Virus record (IMG/VR): IMGVR_UViG_3300016474_000415
Coordinates: 1 to 38,986 of that record
Direction: 5' to 3' (one strand)
Origin: a virus
Taxonomy: Duplodnaviria; Caudoviricetes
Length of the DNA: 38,986 nt
Below the pieces are notes generated by a model, which saw only the letters and a list, made by a program, of their open reading frames with translations, made no database searches and had not been told where the DNA came from. Made by a program: the position numbers and the translations under genes. This document shows positions 6,618 to 15,685 of this stretch, piece by piece (the first letter of the stretch is position 1; each line of letters starts with the position of its first letter).

Positions 6618-8144
6618 CTAGCTCGTTATGCTGACCAACTCGGCATTGCTCAAGCGACGAGGGTAGTAGGTGATGCGGCGGAGGTAGCCGTTGAGGAAGT
6701 TCCCATTAAGCTGATTACCTAGATTAAAAGCTGTAACCGATGGAACCGTTCCAGACGTATCTGTCAAAACAGCACCACCGTTTGTTGATAACGCAAAGTC
6801 ATTTGTGGCATAGGCAGCTGCCATTTTTGCCACATTGCCTGCTGTGTAAGTGCTGCTTGACAATCCTACTTGTGCAACACCGCCATCCGACACGAAGTAA
6901 TCTAAAGCATTGATGGCATCATTAAGGTACGCCGGGTTTATCCTGTTGTTTATCGTTCCGTTATTAAACGAAGTTGCTGTCGGGAATCCGCTAGTTGGCG
7001 CTGTCGAGTTAATGACAAACTCCGAATACACCGTCCCAGCAGTCGCATTAAACCAAGGGCTCAACGTATTCACCGACGCTTGATCTGCGTTGCGGGTCAG
7101 GGCTGTTGTGGTGGTGGGGATCACGCTCGTTGCAAACGCGCCTTGCTCAAGCTGCGGCAGGCCGATGCGGAGGGTGATGTCGATGGCGCCTGCAGTCACA
7201 TTAAACGCTATATACGGAAGCGCGTATATGGTTGCAGCAGCCGTAAAGGTTCTGGTAGCGGAAGACCGGACCAAAGTTCCTGTAAGGGGCAAATTGGTAG
7301 CTGTTGCGCCAAGCTCGTTGGTGGCATCGCGTTCTGAACTTTTTATCTGGACGTTACTGACATTTGTCGTTGTTCCACCAACCAATGCCGTCCAAACAGA
7401 GGATGTCCACGTTTGCCCAATCGACGCAGAAATAAATACACTGCTATCTAAATTTACTGATAATACATTGCTTGATGCAGCAGTTCCAAAAACACGTATA
7501 TCAACGTACGTAATTCCGTTGGAAACTCCCGTTCCTACAACTTGAGTTGAAAGCGTTAATGGGTTGTAGTAACCCCAATTTGTCGGAGCCGTCCCCGGCG
7601 TCCCAGCCACCGCACCCTGCATCGTGTTGTTGCGGATGCTGTTCGTCCTCGCCTCCTCAATCAGCAGCCCCCGCACTGCCAGGGTGGCGGGGTCGAAGTC
7701 CCGCCTGGACTCGTTGATCGCTGCGCTCGTCAGCACTCCGGCGCTGTTGAAGTAGGTGGCCGTGCTGGCGCGGGTGAAGGTGACACGGGGGTCGAGTACC
7801 CCGGCATCTACAAACACCAAGTCCAGGCTCGCCGCCGACCCTGACACGCCCGTGGACAGCGCGCCGACGTTGACCGTGCTGCTCGCGCCGTCGCTCAGCA
7901 CCGAGACCCAGCGCCGGCCTTGCACGCTCAGCACCACATGGTCGCCGCCTTGCACCAGCACATCGGCATTTGTGGCCGCGCTGGCGTCGTTGCTCAGGCG
8001 CACGTAGGCGCCCTGGCCGGTGGCTTTGACCACCACTTGCGTGGGCAGCTTGCGCGTGGTCTGGTCCCACGGGGTGTAGGAGGACACGGCTGTCCCGGTG
8101 GATGTGAGCGTCACCGAGTCCACCACAAAGAGCCGATTTAGCAT
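6618..8144 (-). CDS. Putative head fibre/spike with C-terminal concanavalin/LamG-like lectin domain
   Basis: FTRASTATYFNSAG, GLLIEEARTNSI, QLEQGAFATSVIPT, LNGYLRRITYYPRRLSNAEL motifs; decoration-like N-terminus. Confidence 0.7.
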   Translation of the reverse strand: MLNRLFVVDSVTLTSTGTAVSSYTPWDQTTRKLPTQVVVKATGQGAYVRLSNDASAATNADVLVQGGDHVVLSVQGRRWVSVLSDGASSTVNVGALSTGVSGSAASLDLVFVDAGVLDPRVTFTRASTATYFNSAGVLTSAAINESRRDFDPATLAVRGLLIEEARTNSIRNNTMQGAVAGTPGTAPTNWGYYNPLTLSTQVVGTGVSNGITYVDIRVFGTAASSNVLSVNLDSSVFISASIGQTWTSSVWTALVGGTTTNVSNVQIKSSERDATNELGATATNLPLTGTLVRSSATRTFTAAATIYALPYIAFNVTAGAIDITLRIGLPQLEQGAFATSVIPTTTTALTRNADQASVNTLSPWFNATAGTVYSEFVINSTAPTSGFPTATSFNNGTINNRINPAYLNDAINALDYFVSDGGVAQVGLSSSTYTAGNVAKMAAAYATNDFALSTNGGAVLTDTSGTVPSVTAFNLGNQLNGNFLNGYLRRITYYPRRLSNAELVSITS

Positions 8145-8145
8145 G

Positions 8146-8835
8146 TCAGACCGCCAGCAAAAGCATTTCAATGTCCTCCTCGTCCTGTTGCATCTGGTCG
8201 AACAGGGCCATCAGTTGTTCAAAGTGCCGCGAGTTGTACGCAGCCGTGTAGTCCTCCAGGCGCCCCGCCAGCTCGGCGTAGGCCTGCAGCGCGGGCAGAT
8301 CCACCACCTCGGGCTGGCCAGCCTCCTGGGCGGGCTCCTGGGCCGGTTCTGAGGCGTCCTCAAGCGCCTGCAGCGCCGCGGCCTGGCTGGCGTACACCAC
8401 CAGCTTGCCGTTGCGCTCCACCACGTAGCGCTTGCGCTTGGGCTTGTCGTCGTCGTAGCCGCCACCCACCGCGGTGGTGCCGACCTGCGCGGCCAGCACA
8501 TCCGCACCCTCGGCCAAGTCGGCTGAGAACTGCAGCGAGCCCGCGCTCACGCTGACCGCCGCCGCCAGCACATCGGCGCCTTCGCTCAGGCTGGCGCTGC
8601 TGGCCATCACCGGGCCGGCTTGCGCTGCCAGCGTGTCTGCGCCTTCGGTCTGCGCCAGCGAGGCGGCTACCTGCGGCCCAACTTGGGCGGCCAGAACATC
8701 AGCCCCCTTGGTTTGCGCCAGGCTGGATGCGACTGAAACGCCGACCTGTGCCGCCAGCGTGTCAGCGCCCTCGGTGAGCGCCGCGCTGAAGGATGGTGCG
8801 CCGCCGCTACTTTGAACGGCCAGCAGCAGGGACAT
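8146..8835 (-). CDS. Repeat-containing putative virion protein
   Basis: Five (T/S/A)(E/K)GAD(T/V)LAA repeats; acidic C-terminus DEEDIEMLLLAV. Confidence 0.7.
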   Translation of the reverse strand: MSLLLAVQSSGGAPSFSAALTEGADTLAAQVGVSVASSLAQTKGADVLAAQVGPQVAASLAQTEGADTLAAQAGPVMASSASLSEGADVLAAAVSVSAGSLQFSADLAEGADVLAAQVGTTAVGGGYDDDKPKRKRYVVERNGKLVVYASQAAALQALEDASEPAQEPAQEAGQPEVVDLPALQAYAELAGRLEDYTAAYNSRHFEQLMALFDQMQQDEEDIEMLLLAV

Positions 8836-8843
8836 GGTCTAGC

Positions 8844-9479
8844 TCAGTAAGCCGACGTCTCGAAATACTCGCAGCCAACGTGGAGCTGGATCACGCCGGC
8901 GGCGCCCATCGCAATCAAGTTCGTGATGACGAAACCTTCGTTTTGGGCCAGCACCAGCGGATAGTCTCCGGCGTCGTTCTCCAGCAGGTCGGTGATCGGC
9001 ATGGAGGTGCCGACGCCCGTGGAGCTGCCCCCCGCAATCGCCATGCTCACCGTCTCCAGCGTGCGGGTGCCGGCGGTCAATGCGGCTGTCGAGGAGATGC
9101 GGATGTCCGGCGCGCTGGTGATGTTCGTGAACGAATTGCGGTGCTTGTTCGCGCCCGCCACATAGAGCGCCGTGCCGCCTGAGTCGGAGGCCGTAAAGCT
9201 GTTGGCCCGCAGCAGCGAGTAGCTCAGACCTTGGGCCGCCGTAAAGGCTGTCGTGGTGATGAAGCCGATGCGGACGTTTCGAATGCAGATCAGATTGGCG
9301 CCGGTGTTGCGAAACGAAACCACGGGGCCAGCCGCTGCCACGCCGGTGAGCGCGCCCGAGGTGCCTGCGACTGAGTAGTAGCCAATCAGCTCCGCGGCGC
9401 GCAGAGAGACCCGCTGCGTGCGAAAGGTTGCGTCCACCTCGGCGACCGTTCCGCCGTTGCCTTGAAGTTGAATCGCCAT
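8844..9479 (-). CDS. Putative structural protein (beta-rich)
   Basis: MAIQLQGNGGTVAEVD start, tight operon packing, phage-like codon usage. Confidence 0.65.
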   Translation of the reverse strand: MAIQLQGNGGTVAEVDATFRTQRVSLRAAELIGYYSVAGTSGALTGVAAAGPVVSFRNTGANLICIRNVRIGFITTTAFTAAQGLSYSLLRANSFTASDSGGTALYVAGANKHRNSFTNITSAPDIRISSTAALTAGTRTLETVSMAIAGGSSTGVGTSMPITDLLENDAGDYPLVLAQNEGFVITNLIAMGAAGVIQLHVGCEYFETSAY

Positions 9480-9480
9480 G

Positions 9481-9813
9481 TCAGTTCCAGACCCAGGCAA
9501 CGGTCCAGAGACCGTAGACCCGAGGGTTGTCAATGTTGAGAATGAGCCGCGAGTCGCTGCGCTGGCCGATGTCGCTGCGTTTCTTTGCGACCGCGTAAAT
9601 CGTGAAACCTGTTCCGGCGCTCACGTTGCCGGCAAACACCTCAGGCGGATCGACCCAGTGCTCGTCGGCGCTGTGATCGACAGTCGCGGTGGGGAAGATC
9701 CAGGCTTCGACCAGGCTGCTGCCGGTGATGGCGGTCTGGCCGGTGACGGTCGCGGTGACGTCGGTCTTGCCGGGAAAGGCCCCGAAATCCACCGTAGTTG
9801 TGCCCTGCGCCAC
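9481..9813 (-). CDS. Putative structural protein
   Basis: MAQGTTTVDFGAFPG..YGLWTVAWVWN; packed in the late operon. Confidence 0.65.
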   Translation of the reverse strand: MAQGTTTVDFGAFPGKTDVTATVTGQTAITGSSLVEAWIFPTATVDHSADEHWVDPPEVFAGNVSAGTGFTIYAVAKKRSDIGQRSDSRLILNIDNPRVYGLWTVAWVWN

Positions 9814-9814
9814 C

Positions 9815-10210
9815 TCAAGCCCCGAAAGCCGTCACGGTCAGGCTGGTGAACGTGCAGGCCTGGCCGGAGTTGATGGAGGTGTTGGTCACGATCATGTCGG
9901 CGCTGGACGTCCCTACCGTGCCCTGCACGACAGCCGTGCCGCCCGAGGTGTTGATGCGGAAGTACCCCGCCGTGCCGGTGCCCGAAGCGTTGGCGCTCGC
10001 CACCGCGGAGGCCGTCAGCACGCCACTGCTCACCGTGCCAAACCCACCCGCATTGCCAGCAAACTGCACCAGCAGCGTGCCCGTGGGGGCGGTGCCGACG
10101 TTGGCCGGCGCCGTGCCCGAATAGATTTGGATCTGCGCGTTGGCCCCAATGTCGGTGTTCAACTGCGTCATCGAGTTGGAGCGCGCGGTCGTGCTGTACT
10201 GAATGGCCAT
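9815..10210 (-). CDS. Putative structural protein
   Basis: IQIYSGTAPAN..ASGTGTAGYFRI..QGTVGTSSADM; TGATG coupling to portal. Confidence 0.7.
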   Translation of the reverse strand: MAIQYSTTARSNSMTQLNTDIGANAQIQIYSGTAPANVGTAPTGTLLVQFAGNAGGFGTVSSGVLTASAVASANASGTGTAGYFRINTSGGTAVVQGTVGTSSADMIVTNTSINSGQACTFTSLTVTAFGA

Positions 10211-12630
10211 CAGGCGATCCCTTGTGCACGGCCATCAGGGCCGCGGATGATGGTTCGGGGCGCGCGCATCTGCGCCAGCGCTTCGGTGAAGCCCTGCATG
10301 GCCATGGCCAGCGCGGCGTTGGGGCTGGGCTCTTCCACCCCCCCTTCAGCCAGTTGCTCGGCGGGGCTCTCCACCTCGGGCTTGGCCTTGGCTTGAGCGG
10401 CGATCTGCGCCACCAGCACCTTGGTCTCGGCCTCCAGCGTGGCGCGCCAGCGCTCCATCTCCAGCTTCTCGCGCTCCAGCTGCGCCTTGGTCTCAGCCTC
10501 CACCTGCTTGAGTTGCGCTTCCATCTGGATGCGCGCTTGCTCTCTGGCCGCGTCACGCTCGTCGTTGGCCTGCTGCACCTGCAGGGCAGCTTCCTGCTCC
10601 GCCTGCTTGGCCTGCGCCTCCATCTGGATGCGCTGCATCTCGATCTGCTGTTCGGCCTGGAACTTCTGCGCATCGGCCTGCTGACGCATCTGCTCGAGCT
10701 GCATGGCGGCCTGGGCCTTGATCTGCTCGGGCGTGGGCGGCTGCGGCCGCGGCGGGGCCTTGGCGGGGTCGCTGAAGAACTTGTCCGCCGTCTTGAAGCC
10801 CAGCGCCTTCACCAGCTCCGCCTGGCTCTGGTAGACGTTTTCCGGTGTCGCGGTGCCGATCTGCAGGCCCATCTGCTGCTGCTGCAGCAAGGCCATCAGG
10901 TGCGCCACCTGCTGGTCGCGGTTGCCCGTGCCCAGGCCCACGTTGACCGTGCAGTCGAACTGGTTGCGCCATTCCCGAGGATCCACGTTGACCCAGGTGC
11001 CGCGCAGGCGGATGAACGCCTCCTTGTCGCAGTATTGCGAGACCAGCTTCAGGATCAGGCGGAACAGGTCGCGGAAGCCCTCGGCAAAGTTCCGGGCGAT
11101 CAGGTCCAGGCGCATGTCGGCCCGGTTGGTGACGATGTTGACACCCGTGGCCGTGTTGTTCAGGCTGTCACCGTCGCCGCCTTGGTTGTAGCGCGTCCAG
11201 CCGGTGGAGTCCTCCAGGAACCCCTGCATGGTCTCCATCATGCTCATGCCGAGCTGGGAGTCGCCCATGCCCTGGTCCAGGCGCCCAGCCGCACCGGGCT
11301 GCTTGACGCGGACCACACCACCCGGCCTCGAGGCCAGCAGGTCGTCCAGGTTGACCTGGCCATCCACCGCGAAGTAGCGGCCGTTGATGCTCAGGTACAT
11401 GTTGTCCAGCATCCCGCGCAGGATGTTGGTCTTGATCTTCTGCGCCTCCAGGGCCAGGTCCGCCACGCTCAGGCCAAAGAACTTGTGCGGCATGGGGACG
11501 GGCGTGATGGCCACGAACGGCGCGCAGTCCACGATCTCGTTTTCGAGGATCTGGTTGCCGGCCCGCACCACCTTGCGCAGCTCAGAGATGCCGTCGCCGT
11601 CGTAGTCGCAGCGCACGTAGCACTCGGTGACCCAGATCACGCGCTGGCTGTCGTCGGGCGTGGACAGCGTGTCGGCCTGCAGGTAGGCCAGCTCGTCGTC
11701 GTAGCCCAGGCGCTCAATGCGCTCCATGTTCAGCGCTGTGGCCTGGTCGTCGCCGCTGATCTGGTCGACATTCTTGTAGCCCATGGAAACCAGATCCGAT
11801 TGCGTGCGCGCCACGCGGTGCGCCACAAAGCTCGCGTCCTGGATGCTCTTGGCCTTGCGGCTGATCAGGAACTCTTCGGGCGGGACGTTTTCCACCTTCA
11901 CGCAGCCGCTGATGCGCGTGCGCCGGCAGGCCACGTCATAGGCCAGCACCGGCGGTGCGCTCTGAATCTGCGCCATCTGCTGTTGCAGCGCCATCACCGC
12001 CTGCTGCGCCTGAGGATCCCCCGCCTGCGCAGCCTGGGCGGCCTGCTCAAGCTGCTGCTGGAGCTGCTGCAGGGCCTGCTGGCGGTTTTCGGCGTCTTCC
12101 TCGTCGGGGTAGCTCTTCTGCTCAATGACCTCCACCTCGTCGTCGTCCATGAGCTGCGCCAGCTCGACGTCGTTGAGGTTGCGGTACTCCTCGCGCTTTT
12201 CTTCCTTGCGGTCGTCCCACCAGACCTTGACGATGCCGTTCTTGCTCAGCAGCGCGTCCTTCATCCAGTTGTAGATGATGCGCTCGCCTGGGTTGTGCGT
12301 GTGCAAGACGTGGTTGACGTAGTCGGTGGCCTGCTCGGCCTTTTGCTCGTCGCCAGGCTTTTGCGGCTCAAACTCCACCACGCGCTCGGAGCCGGCGAAC
12401 TTCACCATGAGCTGCGGCAGCATGCTCTCAATGGTGTTGCGGACATCAGGCGACACCACGGAGCTGCGGCCCTCCACCTCGGGCGGCGTCAGGTCCAGCG
12501 TGGGCTGCCCCAGGTAGTAGGCCATCGCCTTCTGACGCTGGGCGGCCAGCTTGCCGCTGTACCAGCCCACCGCCTGGCGCATCTCCTGGTCCGTGATGGA
12601 CCGGAGCTGATCTTCAGACATGCGTGCCAT
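10210..12630 (-). CDS. Portal protein (P22-like, long C-terminal coiled coil)
   Basis: 806 aa after terL; GRSSVVSPDVRNTIESMLPQLM, KDALLSKNGIVKVWW, Gln-rich barrel. Confidence 0.9.
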   Translation of the reverse strand: MARMSEDQLRSITDQEMRQAVGWYSGKLAAQRQKAMAYYLGQPTLDLTPPEVEGRSSVVSPDVRNTIESMLPQLMVKFAGSERVVEFEPQKPGDEQKAEQATDYVNHVLHTHNPGERIIYNWMKDALLSKNGIVKVWWDDRKEEKREEYRNLNDVELAQLMDDDEVEVIEQKSYPDEEDAENRQQALQQLQQQLEQAAQAAQAGDPQAQQAVMALQQQMAQIQSAPPVLAYDVACRRTRISGCVKVENVPPEEFLISRKAKSIQDASFVAHRVARTQSDLVSMGYKNVDQISGDDQATALNMERIERLGYDDELAYLQADTLSTPDDSQRVIWVTECYVRCDYDGDGISELRKVVRAGNQILENEIVDCAPFVAITPVPMPHKFFGLSVADLALEAQKIKTNILRGMLDNMYLSINGRYFAVDGQVNLDDLLASRPGGVVRVKQPGAAGRLDQGMGDSQLGMSMMETMQGFLEDSTGWTRYNQGGDGDSLNNTATGVNIVTNRADMRLDLIARNFAEGFRDLFRLILKLVSQYCDKEAFIRLRGTWVNVDPREWRNQFDCTVNVGLGTGNRDQQVAHLMALLQQQQMGLQIGTATPENVYQSQAELVKALGFKTADKFFSDPAKAPPRPQPPTPEQIKAQAAMQLEQMRQQADAQKFQAEQQIEMQRIQMEAQAKQAEQEAALQVQQANDERDAAREQARIQMEAQLKQVEAETKAQLEREKLEMERWRATLEAETKVLVAQIAAQAKAKPEVESPAEQLAEGGVEEPSPNAALAMAMQGFTEALAQMRAPRTIIRGPDGRAQGIA

Positions 12631-12639
12631 GGTGTTGCT

Positions 12640-13902
12640 TTAGGCCACGCTCAGGCGTGGGTAGTTGATGACGCCGCCCCACTCGTCGTTGCTCATCTGG
12701 TCAACGGTCAAAGCGAGGTAGCGGAAGGCGTCAGCGCCGTGGCTGAACTCGTCGTGCACCGGATTGCCGGGCTCATTGGTCGTCGTGTTGATCTGTCGCC
12801 GGTAGCGCTTCAGGCACTCCACCAGGCGGGCCGTGCGCTCTTTGTTGAAGTACACGCGGCTGAAGATGTCGCGGGCGCGCTTGATGCCCTGCTCCACGTC
12901 CATGTTGGGCGTGCGCTGCACGCTCCAGCCCAAGCCCTGCAGGATCTCGGCGTCTTGCTTGCCGGTCTGGTGGCGCTTGGCAAAGCCGTCGTGCGGCAGG
13001 TAGTGGTGCCCCCAGTTCAGCGGCTCCCCATCCAGGCGCAGCGCTTTGAGCTCAGCCGAGTAGTCCGCCAGCGTGCGCTGCGTGCCCTCGATGTAGTGGA
13101 TGACGCGGATCTCGCTGGCCACCTTCTGCGCCAGGATGATGGACATGCTGTCGTTGAAGCCCAGATCCCACACCGCGTGCACCTTCAGCAGCGGGTCATG
13201 CGGTACGTTCAGGATGCGTGAGCCCGCGTTGGCCATCTGGTCGAAGTAGATGGCGCCATCCACTGCCGGCTTGCACTGGCCTTCCCAGATGTGCGCGTAG
13301 TCCTCGCGCTTCATCGTCGCTTCGGCGTGTTGGCGTTCAGCCTCCAGCACCGCTGGAAAGCGCCGGTTGTCGGCGTGGTTCATCTCGATGCTGACGCAGT
13401 CCGGCGGCGGGCTCGTCACAAAACGCCGGTAGGTCTCATCGCTCTCCAGCTGCGGGTTGAAGCTGACCCAAATCTCCGAGCCGTTCTTGCGGATGGTGGG
13501 GATCAGGATGTCCCAAGAGCGCCGGCTGATCGCTTGCGCCTCTTCGCACCAGCACACGTCCACGCCTTCAAAGCTCTTCAAGCTCTCGGCCGTCTGGTCG
13601 CTCAGGCCACTGAAGAAGAACTGCGAGCCGTTCTTGCCGCGGATCTCGGTCTGCAGCACCTCGTACTGGCCACCCAGGCCGAGCGCCTTGATTTGGTCGC
13701 GCAGCAGCTGGTGCACCGACTGCTGGATGCTCTTCTGAATCTCTCGCGTGCACAGCACCCGCAGCGGGCGTTGCGCCGCCATGATCAGCAAGGCACGCGC
13801 AAAGCCCCAGCTCTTGCCAGAGCCCCGGCCGCCGCGCACCACCTTGTAGCGGTGCGGCGCAAACAGGAACTTGAGCTTCTCAGGAAACCAGGCCTCAACC
13901 AA
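12640..13902 (-). CDS. terL: Terminase large subunit (PBSX family)
   Basis: Walker A GGRGSGKS, Walker B WCEEA, SFNP, WDLG, SHGADAFRY. Confidence 0.95.
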   Translation of the reverse strand: MVEAWFPEKLKFLFAPHRYKVVRGGRGSGKSWGFARALLIMAAQRPLRVLCTREIQKSIQQSVHQLLRDQIKALGLGGQYEVLQTEIRGKNGSQFFFSGLSDQTAESLKSFEGVDVCWCEEAQAISRRSWDILIPTIRKNGSEIWVSFNPQLESDETYRRFVTSPPPDCVSIEMNHADNRRFPAVLEAERQHAEATMKREDYAHIWEGQCKPAVDGAIYFDQMANAGSRILNVPHDPLLKVHAVWDLGFNDSMSIILAQKVASEIRVIHYIEGTQRTLADYSAELKALRLDGEPLNWGHHYLPHDGFAKRHQTGKQDAEILQGLGWSVQRTPNMDVEQGIKRARDIFSRVYFNKERTARLVECLKRYRRQINTTTNEPGNPVHDEFSHGADAFRYLALTVDQMSNDEWGGVINYPRLSVA

Positions 13903-14164
13903 AGGTCACCTTGATTGAGTGCTGCACCGCGCCGCCGCCTTCACCAGTCACCTGGATCGGCAGCACCTTGCCCACCAGGCCCAGGAACGGCCCGGGGTTG
14001 CTCTGCGCCACCTGCACGAGGTAGTCCACCCCGCCGGCTTGATCCAGCGCCTGGGCGACCATCTCACGGATGAGCGCGGTGTTCTTGTTGGGCATCCCCT
14101 TGGGGCGGCCCTGGTTCGGCCTTTTCTCGCCTTTCTTGAAGGCGCCTGCGTTGACTGTTGCCAT
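13895..14164 (-). CDS. terS: Terminase small subunit
   Basis: GRPKGMPNKNT..GGVDYL..FLGLVGKVLP; overlaps the terL start. Confidence 0.75.
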   Translation of the reverse strand: MATVNAGAFKKGEKRPNQGRPKGMPNKNTALIREMVAQALDQAGGVDYLVQVAQSNPGPFLGLVGKVLPIQVTGEGGGAVQHSIKVTFG

Positions 14165-14330
14165 GGTGCCGGGTTCCCGAAGGATTGTCCGAAGGTGAAA
14201 GTGCCCATCGCCCGCCGCTGTCCGCGGGGAGACGCGCGGGGCTCGTTCCGCGTCGATGGGCTGCGGCTCATTTGCCGGTGGCGCCGCGGGCCGGTGGGCG
14301 TTGCGCCCAGACTGGCAACTGCTCGCCAGA

Positions 14331-14365
14331 AACGAAAAAGCCCGCCGACATCGCTGCCGCGGGCC
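14331..14365 (-). terminator. tR'-like terminator in the late leader
   Basis: GCCCGC-GGCAGCGATGTCG-GCGGGC then TTTTTCGTTT, just downstream of the late promoter. Confidence 0.65.
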
Positions 14366-14393
14366 CAAATTGCAGAGACACCTCCGCGGCCGA

Positions 14394-14423
14394 ATTACAG
14401 CACAGCGAAAAAACGGGCGTCAA
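14394..14423 (-). promoter_or_regulatory. Late promoter (pR'-like)
   Basis: TTGACG-18 nt-TGTAAT with extended TG, upstream of the terminator and terS. Confidence 0.65.
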
Positions 14424-15326
14424 TCATTTAGTCAGGCCGCCACCGGCAAGCAATCGCCAAGCGGTTGCGGCACACAGGGGCACCTGTCCGTTGCCAATGG
14501 CTTTAAGTCGGTCCACCCGAGCGGCCACCCCATGAGCCACTCGACCCACGTCGGGTTCAGACTGCCACCAATCTGCTCGCTCAAGGGCCTGGAGTTCTTG
14601 TCGTGCGTTGCTTGGCTGGCCTTGCCACTTCTCCAGTCTCTGGCGGTCGGTGTCGCGCACTTGGTCACTGCGGTCGCAAGCCCATCTCCGCTGCTGGCGC
14701 TTGCCCCCTTTCGGTTGTAGTTGCCACACACTGTCGGCGTCGGCCATCTGGCTGGCGTGTTCACCATCTGCGTCAGGCTGATGCCCGTCATGTTCTCCGT
14801 GATCGTCCCGCCTCTCTGCCCGTCCGTGGCTGACGGAGTGGCCCACAAGCCAAAACCTGTCCCGCTGATGCGGCGCCCCGACATCGGCAGCTCCCAGCAC
14901 TGTCCATCGGCAGTCATACCCGAGCGCGGCCAAGTCACCGAGGACTCGCCCAAGTCCTCGAGTAAGGAGGGCTGGGCTGTTCTCCACGTAGACGTAGCGG
15001 GGTCGAACCTCGCCAACGATCCGCGCCATGTGGCTCCACATGCCTGATCGTTCCCCGTCGATTCCTGCGCCTTTGCCGGCCACGCTGATGTCCTGGCAAG
15101 GGAACCCTCCAGACACCACGTCAACACAGCCGCGCCAAGGTCGTCCGTCAAAGGTCTGAACGTCATCCCAGATCGGGAAGGGCGGGAGAAGGCCGTCATT
15201 CTGTCGGGCGGCAAGTACGCTAGCTGCGTAGGGTTCCCACTCGACAGCGCACACGGTTTCCCATCCAAGCATGTGGCCGCCGAGGATGCCTCCACCAGCG
15301 CCTGCGAAAAGAGCCAGCTCATTCAC
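14424..15326 (-). CDS. C5-cytosine DNA methyltransferase, catalytic (alpha) polypeptide
   Basis: LFAGAGG (motif I), GGFPCQDIS (IV), YVENS (VI), HQRDRFW (VIII), RLKAIGNGQVP (X). Confidence 0.9.
   Translation of the reverse strand: MNELALFAGAGGGILGGHMLGWETVCAVEWEPYAASVLAARQNDGLLPPFPIWDDVQTFDGRPWRGCVDVVSGGFPCQDISVAGKGAGIDGERSGMWSHMARIVGEVRPRYVYVENSPALLTRGLGRVLGDLAALGYDCRWTVLGAADVGAPHQRDRFWLVGHSVSHGRAERRDDHGEHDGHQPDADGEHASQMADADSVWQLQPKGGKRQQRRWACDRSDQVRDTDRQRLEKWQGQPSNARQELQALERADWWQSEPDVGRVAHGVAARVDRLKAIGNGQVPLCAATAWRLLAGGGLTK
14432..15322 (-). CDS. Overlapping-frame methyltransferase (beta) polypeptide with TRD-like repeats and motif IX
   Basis: WATP/WPTP/CATP repeats and LNPTWVEWLMGWPLGWT; open for 296 codons inside the alpha gene; true start uncertain. 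Confidence 0.7.
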   Translation of the reverse strand: MSWLFSQALVEASSAATCLDGKPCALSSGNPTQLAYLPPDRMTAFSRPSRSGMTFRPLTDDLGAAVLTWCLEGSLARTSAWPAKAQESTGNDQACGATWRGSLARFDPATSTWRTAQPSLLEDLGESSVTWPRSGMTADGQCWELPMSGRRISGTGFGLWATPSATDGQRGGTITENMTGISLTQMVNTPARWPTPTVCGNYNRKGASASSGDGLATAVTKCATPTARDWRSGKASQATHDKNSRPLSEQIGGSLNPTWVEWLMGWPLGWTDLKPLATDRCPCVPQPLGDCLPVAA

Positions 15327-15685
15327 ACCCGCTCCACAAACATCTGCACCGCATCCGCCACCAGCTCGGCGCGATCGTCGTCGTTCTCCGGCAGCCTGGC
15401 TGAGCGCCACACGCTCACCCCTGTGGCGCGGTTGCGTGCCACCAGGTACAGCGCCGTGCGAAACGGGTCCGGAATGCTGGCCACCACCTGGCCAATGTGG
15501 CGGATGAGCAAACCGCGCTCGTCGGTGTCCAGCGCGCCGTTGGCGTCGTCATACTGCCGAGAAGCCCGCCAGCCGCGAGTGCTTGGGCACTCCACGGGGT
15601 AGCCCTCCACGGGCGTCCAACCGCGCTCGGCGCGCCACCACAGCACCAGCAGCTCGAGCGGGTCGATCTCGGGCGTCAGGGCCAT
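15323..15685 (-). CDS. Putative late-gene regulator (Q-like antiterminator)
   Basis: 120 aa LELLVLWWR..VVASIPDPFRTAL; upstream of a pR'/tR'-like element. Confidence 0.5.
   Translation of the reverse strand: MALTPEIDPLELLVLWWRAERGWTPVEGYPVECPSTRGWRASRQYDDANGALDTDERGLLIRHIGQVVASIPDPFRTALYLVARNRATGVSVWRSARLPENDDDRAELVADAVQMFVERV

Noticed and set aside
6618-7600. Diversity-generating retroelement acting on the lectin domain
   Set aside because: No reverse transcriptase ORF and no TR/VR repeat pair differing at adenines was seen.
10222-13221. 999-aa plus-strand ORF and similar long antisense ORFs (e.g. 1088..2017, 16688..18052, 32976..33983)
   Set aside because: Shadow frames of high-GC genes on the opposite strand, with no motifs or RBS.
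14660-14669. 10-nt match to the single-stranded part of the tRNA-like RNA as an antisense target
   Set aside because: The methyltransferase mRNA would carry the same sense as the RNA, and a match this short is plausibly chance.
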